From Bacteroidota bacterium (lineage in GTDB: Bacteria > Bacteroidota > Ignavibacteria > UBA10030 > SZUA-254), in contig DATIXJ010000027.1 in assembly GCA_035518715.1 (NCBI GenBank), positions 85,657 to 149,656 of the forward strand: a DNA stretch of 64,000 bases. The letters run 5' to 3'. Shown here one piece after another: positions 26,645 to 34,803 of this stretch (position 1 is the first letter of the stretch; every line of letters starts with the position of its first letter). The position numbers and the translations under genes were made by a program. Under the pieces are notes generated by a model that had not been told where the DNA came from, made no database searches, and saw only the letters and a list, made by a program, of their open reading frames with translations.

Positions 26645-27253
26645 ATGTCAACTGACAATAGTAAAAACGAGGTGGAACATTTCAACCGGTGGTCCCGCAC
26701 ATATGACAAGTCATGGATACAACGGTTCGCACTCCCTGTCCACCAAGACATGCTCGATGTTGCTGGTAATCTAGTCGCGGCTCCGCAATCGATTATCGAT
26801 ATAGGATGCGGAACCGGACAGCTTCTAATCAAAGCTTCAGCACGTTGGCCTTCGGCGTACCTTGTCGGCGTGGATCCTGCGATAGGCATGGTTGAGGTTG
26901 CACGCAGCCAAACTCGAGGTGCCACAATCTGTATCGCGAGTGCCGACTCGCTGCCGGTTGCTGACTCCTCAGCCGACATCGTCTTCAGTAGTCTCTCGTT
27001 CCATCACTGGGCTGATCAAACGAAAGGTCTTCGTGAAATAGCTCGCGTGCTGCGTCCGGCCGGTTGCCTCTGTATTGCAGACATTACAATGCCTGACTGG
27101 ATTGCTAAAATAATCCGGCGCGTCAAGGTCAAAGCACCTGTGGAGATGGCTCGTCTTCTCACCGATGCTGGTTTGATAGTCAAATTGCAGAGGCGGAGTT
27201 CTACCAGATTTGTTCTGCTGACCGTCGGAGTTAAGAACTCGGGCAGGACGTGA
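26645..27253 (+). CDS. Class I SAM-dependent methyltransferase (Methyltransf_11-like)
   Basis: Motifs: IIDIGCGTGQL, ADIVFSSLSFHHW, LRPAGCLCIAD. GAGGA lies upstream of the ATG. Confidence 0.85.
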   Translation: MSTDNSKNEVEHFNRWSRTYDKSWIQRFALPVHQDMLDVAGNLVAAPQSIIDIGCGTGQLLIKASARWPSAYLVGVDPAIGMVEVARSQTRGATICIASADSLPVADSSADIVFSSLSFHHWADQTKGLREIARVLRPAGCLCIADITMPDWIAKIIRRVKVKAPVEMARLLTDAGLIVKLQRRSSTRFVLLTVGVKNSGRT

Positions 27254-27314
27254 CCAATCAACACACTACGTTGCGGTGTAAGTGTTGATGCTGCCGTGCA
27301 CGAGCGTATAACAG

Positions 27315-27439
27315 GCCTAACAACGGCGCTCCCTCATTTTATATGGCGATGGCAACCCAAAACGAAAGCCTAAAGGATATCGCTCCATGCCGCACTCATT
27401 TAAGAGAAGAGCGCGGAGTGCGGCACGGCGTCGTTGGGC
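27315..27439 (+). other. attC-like site (best candidate), 125 bp
   Basis: The 5' end GCCTAAC (27315-27321) fits RYYYAAC. The 3' end GTTGGGC (27433-27439) fits GTTRRRY. The two 7-mers pair (6 Watson-Crick pairs and one G-U). The inner arms pair imperfectly with bulges (ACGGCG/CGGCGT, CTCC/GGAG, CTC/GAG). The site lies 62 nt after the upstream stop and ends 11 nt before the next ORF. Confidence 0.45.
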
Positions 27440-27449
27440 GAAACGGTAG

Positions 27450-28076
27450 GTGGTGAACAACCCAATGCTGATCACACTCGAGATCCTGGCGGTGGTCATC
27501 GCACCCCTCATATTTCTATACCTCAAAGGAACCTGGCATTTACGTGCTTCCATCCCGTGTCTCGTCAGCATATCTATCCTGTGGTATCTGACCTACTCGC
27601 CGATACATGAGTTGAGCCATGCTGCCGCGACATATCTGGTAGGCGGCCAGGTCACCTACATGAAGCTCATTCCCCGGTTCTGGCTCGGCGAGTATGGACG
27701 CGCATGGATCACGCCGGCCGGAATTACGGAGGGCTGGCAGCAACTCATCATGACAGCTTCTCCGTACATCATGGATGTGGCGTGTCTTACGGCAGTCATA
27801 TTCGTTCTTCAACGAGGTTTCTCGAAGAAGGCCTTTGTCGTTGGTCTTGTCTTCATGCTTCTCTGTTTGAGGCCTGCATTTGATTTCATCTGCGAGACAA
27901 TCGCGTTTCTCTCCGGCGACAGAGGAGACTTCTTCCACATAGAGATTTTGACCGGAAGCTTTATGATCCGGCTGCTCTTGCTCCTATCGCTCGGGTTATC
28001 CCTGTTTGCTATCGTGAACATTTTGAGGCGCTTTGTCGGGTTTCCTGATGCTCCATTACGTACGGCGAGCACATGA
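27450..28076 (+). CDS. Membrane protein with an HExxH motif (DUF3267-like putative zincin)
   Basis: SPIHELSHAAATYLVGG lies between TM helices, and there are about 5 hydrophobic segments. The start is either GTG 27450 or ATG 27465. Confidence 0.6.
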   Translation: MVNNPMLITLEILAVVIAPLIFLYLKGTWHLRASIPCLVSISILWYLTYSPIHELSHAAATYLVGGQVTYMKLIPRFWLGEYGRAWITPAGITEGWQQLIMTASPYIMDVACLTAVIFVLQRGFSKKAFVVGLVFMLLCLRPAFDFICETIAFLSGDRGDFFHIEILTGSFMIRLLLLLSLGLSLFAIVNILRRFVGFPDAPLRTAST

Positions 28077-28146
28077 ACAAGCAGATGCTGCACTCTGAGG
28101 CGAACGGTCGACTTGAAACTGTGTGCAACAAATTCACTCTGATGAA

Positions 28147-29217
28147 ATGAAAACACCAACGATTCTCCTGACCCTGACAATTCTCACGGCTCCCGGATGC
28201 AAAAATCCGGACGGGAACAAGGCCGCGCCTGGCGACAATGCGATTGTTCGTTCATCAGGTGAGTCAAGCGACATCGCTTTGCAAACAAGCAAACCCATTC
28301 GTTGTATACTGCAGGACAAAAGAGGAAACTACTGGTTCGGCACTGACGGCGATGGAGTGTGTCGTTACGATGGAAAATCCCTTACTTGTCTTACGGAGAA
28401 AGACGGTTTGTGTAATAATCAGGTGCGGACAATTCAAGAAGATAATCTGGGAAATCTCTGGTTCGGCACCGGTGACGGTATTTGCCGCTATGATGGAAAC
28501 ACCTTCACGAAGTTTATGGAGAACGAAAGCCCGGGTAAGGTCTGGAAGGATGAACCCGGCGAACTCTGGTTCGGCTCCCGGGACGGGGCTTGCCGCTACG
28601 ATGGCAGATCTCTCACCTGCTTTTCGCTCCCTGAGTCCGACAAGAAGTTTCCTCCTGCCAATTCCTCAACTCCCTATTCGGTCTATAGTGTATTGGAGGA
28701 CAAAAGCGGAAATCTCTGGCTGGGCACAGAGCAGAGAGGAGTGTGCCGTTACAACGGGAACCGGTTTACGTACTTCACGGAGAAGGGTTTGAGGACAGCC
28801 GCAGTTCGCTGCATCTTCCAGGACAAACATGGAAACCTCTGGTTCGGCAATAATGGCGGCGGAGTCTACCGCTATGATGGAACAACTGTATCCAATTTTA
28901 CCGAAGAACGAGGTTTGAGCAATCCGGACTTTGTAAAATCTCTCATCAGCAAACCGGGAACTCTTGCCCGTGTGTGGACAATCGCCGAAGACAAAGACGG
29001 AAATCTCTGGTTTGGTACCATCGATGCGGGCGCCTGGCGGTTTGATGGGAAGTCCCTGACGAATTTCACAACAAAGGACGGACTTGGGAGCGACGCCGTC
29101 TGGACAATCTATCGGGACAGGGCCGGAACCCTCTGGTTCGGTACGGACGGACGGGGTATCTACACGTTCGACGGGGGATCATTTCATCGTTTTGCAGGGA
29201 AAGGAAATGAGCGGTAA
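28147..29217 (+). CDS. Lipoprotein with two-component-regulator-propeller (Reg_prop) repeats
   Basis: MKTPTILLTLTILTAPGC is lipobox-like. There are at least 7 repeats of the type D..GN(L/Y)WFGT..G(V/I)CRYDG..(F/L)T.F. Confidence 0.8.
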   Translation: MKTPTILLTLTILTAPGCKNPDGNKAAPGDNAIVRSSGESSDIALQTSKPIRCILQDKRGNYWFGTDGDGVCRYDGKSLTCLTEKDGLCNNQVRTIQEDNLGNLWFGTGDGICRYDGNTFTKFMENESPGKVWKDEPGELWFGSRDGACRYDGRSLTCFSLPESDKKFPPANSSTPYSVYSVLEDKSGNLWLGTEQRGVCRYNGNRFTYFTEKGLRTAAVRCIFQDKHGNLWFGNNGGGVYRYDGTTVSNFTEERGLSNPDFVKSLISKPGTLARVWTIAEDKDGNLWFGTIDAGAWRFDGKSLTNFTTKDGLGSDAVWTIYRDRAGTLWFGTDGRGIYTFDGGSFHRFAGKGNER

Positions 29218-29248
29218 TGAACAGTAACGGACACTGAGCTGCACGAAC

Positions 29249-29393
29249 GCATAACACATCACTCACTCATCTGGTGAGGTGTGGTGGGGTCAAATGTTTG
29301 GCTCGATGGTTGGTGTTCGTTCATCGGCTCGCACACCCACGCCAGAAAAGCAAAAGCATAGTGCTCGCTGGGCGTGGTTGCGAAACGTTATGC
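29249..29393 (+). other. attC-like site candidate, 145 bp
   Basis: ACGCATAAC (29247-29255) is perfectly complementary to GTTATGCGT (29387-29395). The interior holds several imperfect hairpins (CTCAC/GTGAG and CCACGCC/GGCGTGG). The site ends 32 nt before the next start codon. Confidence 0.35.
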
Positions 29394-29425
29394 GTCAGGC
29401 CCCGGCGCTGAAATGAAAGCAGAAG

Positions 29426-30342
29426 ATGTTAACAGACGACAAAGTTAGAACAGCCGCCTTTGATTGGCTTGCGAAGCAAGCTGCTCTTCACGGTGAAGTT
29501 CTGCCAAGGAATCTCCTCCAGCACGGGTTCATCATCGAAGGAAAGCGGATTCCTTTGCTTTCTCCCCAAGGCATTTTCAGACCCGCGGTACTCCATGATG
29601 CCCCTCTTTCGATCGTAACTTCTCCCGACAGCCCGTACAATGATAGCTTCAGTCTGGATGGCCTGCTGCAGTACAAGTATCGCGGTACCAATCCTCGTCA
29701 TCGAGACAACGTGGGATTGCGGGAAGCGATGAGGAATCACATTCCACTTATTTATTTCCATGGCATTGCCCCCGAAAATATATTGCGGCCTGGCCGGTTT
29801 ATATCTTCAGTGATGATCCGACGAATCTCACATTCACAGTGATCGTGGACGATGTCGCAACCGTTACGATGCGAAGAGGAGAACAGCCCATTCAGGAGGT
29901 TCCCGATGAAGAAGCGCTCTTCAGCCGCAGAGCATACGTGACGAAACAAGTCCGACAACGACTTCACCAGCAAGCTTTTCGTGCCCGGGTTCTCGCCGCT
30001 TACCGAGAGCAATGCGCGTGTTGCAGATTACGCCACGAACAGCTGCTGGACGCTGCACACATCATTCCCGATTCAGAACCTGAAGGTGAACCTGTTGTCA
30101 GTAATGGCATCGCACTCTGCAAGCTACATCATGCAGCGTTTGATGAATTATTTATCGGCATTACACCCGACCACATTATACAAGTGAGACGCGACATCCT
30201 TGAGGAATTCGACGGCCCGATGTTATTGCATGGCCTTCAGGGATTGAATGGAAACAAAATTGTCCTGCCGCGATCACTCAGGCACCAGCCGAATCGCGAA
30301 TTTCTAGAGAGACGATTTATTCTTTTTAGGAATGCTGGATGA
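29426..30342 (+). pseudogene. HNH endonuclease (HNH_2 / putative restriction-endonuclease-like) disrupted by a 1-nt frameshift
   Basis: Track ORFs 29426-29842 and 29839-30342 are two halves of one protein. The frame changes within CCCCCGAAAA (29769-29778). Read through, the sequence is ...FHGIAPE(K)YIAAWPVYIFSDDPTNLTFTVIVDD.... The HNH core is CACCRL...LDAAHIIP...NGIALCKLHHAAFD. Confidence 0.75.
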
Positions 30343-30481
30343 TCCGCATTTTCGCACGGCATGGTGAAAACGTCTTACGCGCAAAGCACCGATAGTCCGC
30401 GGCCTCAAACAAGGGTGGGCGAGACCGCGTGCTTACGCGAACGCTAGACGCTATAACATCAGGACTTAATGAGAGACTCAT

Positions 30482-31036
30482 ATGCCTCCACACTACGTCA
30501 AAACAATTCGTGAAGAGATCCTGTATGAATATGCGAAGCTGATCTCTCGGTCCGCATACGGAACTCTCCAGCGTGGTTTCATCACCGAACGGTTTCAGAA
30601 GCTCCGCGATGGTGAAATCACCATATCTGACACAATCCGAGAGTGGGAGCGCGAGCAACAACTCCCGAAGGAATGCGTCTTCTGTGGTACGACCGACGAC
30701 CTTACAACCGACCACCTCATCCCCATAAACCGGGGAGGCGACGATTCCGCGGACAATCTCGTGCTCTCGTGCCGGACCTGCAATTCTTCACGGGGAGACA
30801 AAGGTGTCTTTGAGTGGCTTGGACTGGAAAAGAAAGACCGTCTGCATCGACTGGTCGCAGGCAAATACCTGAAACAGCTCCTGACCGTTCACGAGAGAGG
30901 CCACACCCTGGAAATAAGCAAGAGTCAAGTCGGACAACTCTGTGCATCGTGCCCGTTACCAAAGGTGTGTGAACAGTGGGGAAAGAATGAGGAGCTCACT
31001 TGCTTCTGTCTGGAAAGTGTATTGCCATACAAATGA
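30482..31036 (+). CDS. HNH endonuclease (HNH_5-like)
   Basis: CVFCGTTDDLTTDHLIPINRGGDDSADNLVLSCRTCNSSRGDK. Confidence 0.8.
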   Translation: MPPHYVKTIREEILYEYAKLISRSAYGTLQRGFITERFQKLRDGEITISDTIREWEREQQLPKECVFCGTTDDLTTDHLIPINRGGDDSADNLVLSCRTCNSSRGDKGVFEWLGLEKKDRLHRLVAGKYLKQLLTVHERGHTLEISKSQVGQLCASCPLPKVCEQWGKNEELTCFCLESVLPYK

Positions 31037-31155
31037 TTCACTTGCCACTGCTGCGACCTTCAGCGGAAAATACGATGCTTGGTCACGTACGTCTTTCCAA
31101 ACAAAATGGTGCTGTGTTGTCGGGCGAGACTTTGTACTCTATTGGGCTTCAACCA

Positions 31156-31272
31156 AGTATCCGGAGCCGTGCAATCGCCAGGGGAGTGCGGCTGGAAATC
31201 AACCGACGCTTTGCGATTGCGCAAGTTCTTTGATTACTTTCTTCCAAAGAAAGTAACAAAAGAGATTTCCAG
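31156..31272. repeat. Structured intergenic repeat, copy 1 (117 bp)
   Basis: It shares GTGCAATCGC, TGGAAATCAA, GCTTTGCGATT, GCGATTGC(G/A)CAAGTTCTTTG(A/G)TTACTTTCTTCCAAAGAAAGTAACAA and GATTTCCAG with 34804-35026. Inverted repeats are 31171-31178/31213-31220, 31192-31200/31264-31272, and a 10-bp hairpin at 31234-31256. Confidence 0.8.
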
Positions 31273-31296
31273 TTCTGAATTTTAAGAAAGTCTTTC

Positions 31297-31806
31297 ATGG
31301 ACATCCTCGGCAAAAGTCCCATCCCAATTCCAATGTTTATTGTCGGAAAGCTGGCGTTTCTCGCCTGCGCACTCTTCATTTTCATCAGATCCATTGGCGT
31401 TGACTCAATGCTCTTCGAATCCGCCTTTACCCGACAAATGGGCCTCATATTCTATGTCGGCGGATTAATTATTGTCATCGCCGCTCTTCTCCAACTCGGT
31501 CAATCTGCCGCAGTAGGAATTCCCGCAGGAAATACTGAACTTAAGACACACGGTCTCTACAGTCTTTCCAGGAATCCGGTCTACACCGGCGCGTTCATCA
31601 TGTGCATCGGATCATGCCTGTACTCTCTGCATCTCATCAATCTCTTCCTTCTTGTTCTTACCGTCGCCATTCATCACTGGATCATCATCCGGGAAGAGGT
31701 ATTCCTTGAGCAGCGGTTTGGGCGGAAATGGAACGATTACAATCAACGGGTTCCGAGATACATTGGCAGAATCAAACGAGGTGAGATTCGCGGCAAGAGC
31801 GAATAG
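31297..31806 (+). CDS. Isoprenylcysteine carboxyl / phospholipid methyltransferase family membrane protein
   Basis: LKTHGLYSLSRNPVYTGAFIMCIG and EEVFLEQRFGRKWNDY, with 4 TM segments. Confidence 0.8.
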   Translation: MDILGKSPIPIPMFIVGKLAFLACALFIFIRSIGVDSMLFESAFTRQMGLIFYVGGLIIVIAALLQLGQSAAVGIPAGNTELKTHGLYSLSRNPVYTGAFIMCIGSCLYSLHLINLFLLVLTVAIHHWIIIREEVFLEQRFGRKWNDYNQRVPRYIGRIKRGEIRGKSE

Positions 31807-31856
31807 CACGCAGCAACACGACGATGGATAATATTTTTTCAATCTCGAGCGTTCCT

Positions 31857-32576
31857 ATGATCCGAAGCTTTGTGCTTCTCATTTTCGCGTTGGCTCAATT
31901 CAACTTCTCTGCCGATTCACAGAGTAGTGCGCAAGCGCCACCCAATGGATTTCGCAGTGCCGGTGAAATCAGACTTACATTCAGTTCAAATGGGGTGGAT
32001 GGCAAACTCATCTTGCTTATCGACAACCGGCTGCCGGAGGAAATACCTGCCTGGGACTATCTCGATTCCGTCGGAGATCCTTCTGCATTGCAAAATGCTG
32101 CCTTGATCATCCTCGGTCAAGATGGCGATACCATCGTCACTGAACTTCTGGAGAGGCCATCTGCTTGGTTTCAGATAACAGACTCAATACCGGATTCTCC
32201 CACCTGGATGGCAATAACAGTGGATTATTCCTCTGGTATGGGTTCATACAACGGTCCCATTACTTCCTTTCTAGGCGTTAAGAATGCGAAAATAGAGTGG
32301 CTGGAAGTTTCCAATGTTGCCACCAATCAGCGAGAAAGGATCTTCCTCATGCGATCGCTCAAAACGCAGTGGAGGTTAGTACAGAACGATCCTCCCTACC
32401 TGCTTCAAGCGGCTTGTCGGCCGGATTTTGACAAGGGTCTAGATTCGTTTAAGTTGATTTTTACACGCGATTCGTTGAAAGGGTCAGGGTGGTTTAAATC
32501 TGAGCGAGTTGAAAGCGGTTTTTTGGAATTTGAAGATGAGAGTGATTTTCCACCCGAATCAAAATTTCCAGAATAG
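31857..32576 (+). CDS. Hypothetical secreted protein
   Basis: Signal-like MIRSFVLLIFALAQFNFSA. No recognised motif. The track ORF starts at 31824. Confidence 0.5.
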   Translation: MIRSFVLLIFALAQFNFSADSQSSAQAPPNGFRSAGEIRLTFSSNGVDGKLILLIDNRLPEEIPAWDYLDSVGDPSALQNAALIILGQDGDTIVTELLERPSAWFQITDSIPDSPTWMAITVDYSSGMGSYNGPITSFLGVKNAKIEWLEVSNVATNQRERIFLMRSLKTQWRLVQNDPPYLLQAACRPDFDKGLDSFKLIFTRDSLKGSGWFKSERVESGFLEFEDESDFPPESKFPE

Positions 32577-32623
32577 TTCGCCTGAGCGATGTGGTGCGAC
32601 TGGGGACCATGGCGTGAAGGAGA

Positions 32624-33067
32624 ATGACAATGAATGAAGTAATGTCAGCTTGCGGCATTATCTGCTCGAATTGTGCCGCATACGTTGCCGCCTCCAAAGG
32701 GCTTGATGACCGGAAGGAGGCCGCTGAGGCATGGAGCAGAATCTACGGATTTCAAACGGCTCCGGAGAAAATGTCATGCGGCGGGTGCCTCGGTTCCGAC
32801 GACAAGATCTTTCACACGAGTATCAAATGCTCTGCCCGTCGCTGCTGCCTGACCAAAGGCCTCAAGAGCTGTGCGGAGTGTCCGGAAGAATCGTGTGAAC
32901 TCCTGGCGAGAGCGCAGTCGATTTGGGATCCTGTTCCTGAAATTTGTGCGAAGTTGTCTCCGTCCGACTTTGAAAAATACGCCCAACCCTATTGCGGTGT
33001 CCGGGAGCGATTTGAGGCGGCACGGCGGGCGTTCAGATCGCGTAACAAACAAAGTGATTGCCACTAG
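32624..33067 (+). CDS. DUF3795-like Cys-rich protein
   Basis: Motifs: CGIICSNCAAY, MSCGGCLG, CSARRCCLTKGLKSCAECPEESC. Confidence 0.7.
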   Translation: MTMNEVMSACGIICSNCAAYVAASKGLDDRKEAAEAWSRIYGFQTAPEKMSCGGCLGSDDKIFHTSIKCSARRCCLTKGLKSCAECPEESCELLARAQSIWDPVPEICAKLSPSDFEKYAQPYCGVRERFEAARRAFRSRNKQSDCH

Positions 33068-33185
33068 GGCAAGTGAGAAACCAATGCCAGAGATGAAATC
33101 TACCTTCCTTGATTTCGTTCGACAAGTCGCAAATAGCGGCATCGATGAACTGTCTCGCTTGCACGAAGTGGCATTTGCGTTGCCC
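33067..33185 (+). other. attC-like imperfect palindrome (weak candidate), 119 bp
   Basis: GGGCAAG (33067-33073) ... GTTGCCC (33179-33185), with GGGCAA/TTGCCC pairing. The inner pair is AATGCCA/TGGCATT. The central hairpins are GAAATC/GATTTC and CGAC/GTCG. Caveat: a 50-codon ORF (33084-33236) also covers this stretch. Confidence 0.25.
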
Positions 33186-33252
33186 CCGGGTCGAGATTTT
33201 TCTGGATCAATTGCGGATATCCTGAAAAGATACTAGATTCGATGGATGAGTT

Positions 33253-33858
33253 ATGGAACTCCTGAAGACATTCCTTTTCCTGATCGCCGTTATTGATCCG
33301 CTGGGAACGATTCCAATCTTCCTGGTAGCGACGAAGCCGTTCGACAGGCCGATGAAACGCAAAATTGCCATCCGGGCAACGATGTTCGCTGCTTTGATAC
33401 TCGTCTTCTTCATCGTTGCTGGACAACTCATCATGGAGGCGATGGAAATCTCCCTCTCTGCATTTCAGATATCCGGCGGAGCGATCTTGTTCCTCTTTTC
33501 GTTGACCATGGTTTTCGGGCACGGGGAAGCGCATGGCGAAACCCAGGCCGTTCCAAATCATGAACATGTCACGATTTTTCCCATTGCGATGCCTTCCATA
33601 GCTTCTCCCGGAGCCATCATGGCGGTTGTCCTTCTCACCGACAACTATACGTTCTCCATCGGGCAGCAATTTATTACAACACTCATTCTCTTCCTCGTTC
33701 TCATTCTGACTTGCGGTGTTCTACTGGCCGCGAGAAAAATTCAGGAAAAGGTCGGTGACACGGGAATTACCGTCATCAGCAAGATCATGGGTCTGATTCT
33801 CGCTTCGTTTGCCGTGCAGAACGTCCTGACAGGAATCAAGGCATACTTCAGGCTCTGA
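33253..33858 (+). CDS. MarC-family (UPF0056) integral membrane protein
   Basis: FLFLIAVIDPLGTIPIFL and IFPIAMPSIASPGAIMAVV. Confidence 0.9.
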   Translation: MELLKTFLFLIAVIDPLGTIPIFLVATKPFDRPMKRKIAIRATMFAALILVFFIVAGQLIMEAMEISLSAFQISGGAILFLFSLTMVFGHGEAHGETQAVPNHEHVTIFPIAMPSIASPGAIMAVVLLTDNYTFSIGQQFITTLILFLVLILTCGVLLAARKIQEKVGDTGITVISKIMGLILASFAVQNVLTGIKAYFRL

Positions 33859-33920
33859 TGCGGGTTTATCGGGGCGGGTACGTTGCCGTAAATTCTCAAC
33901 TCCTCACCGGAAAAAGTACA

Positions 33921-34346
33921 ATGAAACAATCAGCAAAAACCTCAGGCTATTCCGGGACACCCTTGGCAAAAAAGCTCGGCATCAAGAGCAATTTCAGGGT
34001 TCGACTCGTGAATCAGCCGGATCACTACTTCGATCTCTTTACCGATCTGCCGGAAGATCTCAAGGTTGTGACCGACAGGAAATCAAAAAAGAATCTGATT
34101 CACTATTTTACGACGAGTGCTTCACGGCTGGAATCGGACATCAAACAATTGCGGAATGAGATCGAAGAAGACGGGTCAATATGGATATCCTGGCCGAAGC
34201 TGAGCGCGAACCTCAAGACTGACCTCAATGAAAATATCGTACGCGACATCGCACTCAGAAATAAACTGGTGGACGTGAAAGTCTGCGCGGTCGATGAAAC
34301 CTGGTCGGCGCTGAAGCTCGTTATCCGTCTTAAAGATAGAAAATAA
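33921..34346 (+). CDS. DUF3052-like protein
   Basis: MKQSAKTSGYSGTPLAKKLGIKSNFRVRLVNQPDHY. I prefer the ATG start at 33921; the track ORF starts at 33858. Confidence 0.7.
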   Translation: MKQSAKTSGYSGTPLAKKLGIKSNFRVRLVNQPDHYFDLFTDLPEDLKVVTDRKSKKNLIHYFTTSASRLESDIKQLRNEIEEDGSIWISWPKLSANLKTDLNENIVRDIALRNKLVDVKVCAVDETWSALKLVIRLKDRK

Positions 34347-34397
34347 TATCACCCTCACATCAGAGGGGCATCGTTCATTTGAATAAGGAGTTCATTT

Positions 34398-34766
34398 ATG
34401 TCCTTCGGAAAGACAACGCCCATTCTGCGCATATTCGATGAAGCCAGAGCTAAGGAATTTTATATCGGTTTCCTCGGATTCGAGATCGATTGGGAACACC
34501 GCTTTGAACCCGGTACGCCGATCTACATGCAGATCTCGAAGGACGGATGCGTTCTCCATTTGTCGGAGCATCACGGCGACGGATGTCCGGGCGCAGTAAT
34601 GAGGATTCAGACCAATGAACTCGACAAGTTTCACGCCGAACTCACTGCCAAAAATTACAAATATTACCGCCCCGGCATACAGAAAATGGAATGGGGTACC
34701 CGGGACATGACGGTCCAGGACCCCTTCGGCAACAAGCTGACATTTACCGATGCAATCAGCACCTAA
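34398..34766 (+). CDS. Glyoxalase / bleomycin-resistance (VOC) superfamily protein
   Basis: Motifs: ILRIFDEARAKEFYIGFLGFEIDWEHRF, LHLSEHHGDG, MTVQDPFGNKLTF. AAGGAG lies upstream. Confidence 0.85.
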   Translation: MSFGKTTPILRIFDEARAKEFYIGFLGFEIDWEHRFEPGTPIYMQISKDGCVLHLSEHHGDGCPGAVMRIQTNELDKFHAELTAKNYKYYRPGIQKMEWGTRDMTVQDPFGNKLTFTDAIST

Positions 34767-34803
34767 ACATACACCTTTTACGCTCTTGAGATGGGGAGGA
34801 CTG

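Noticed and set aside
30343-30481. The spacer between the two HNH genes was searched for an attC-like site
   Set aside because: It contains a direct repeat CTTACGCG and a partial palindrome (AAGCAC/GTGCTT). There is no GTT-type 3' core on the top strand, and ATAAC occurs only at the 3' end. It does not fit attC geometry.
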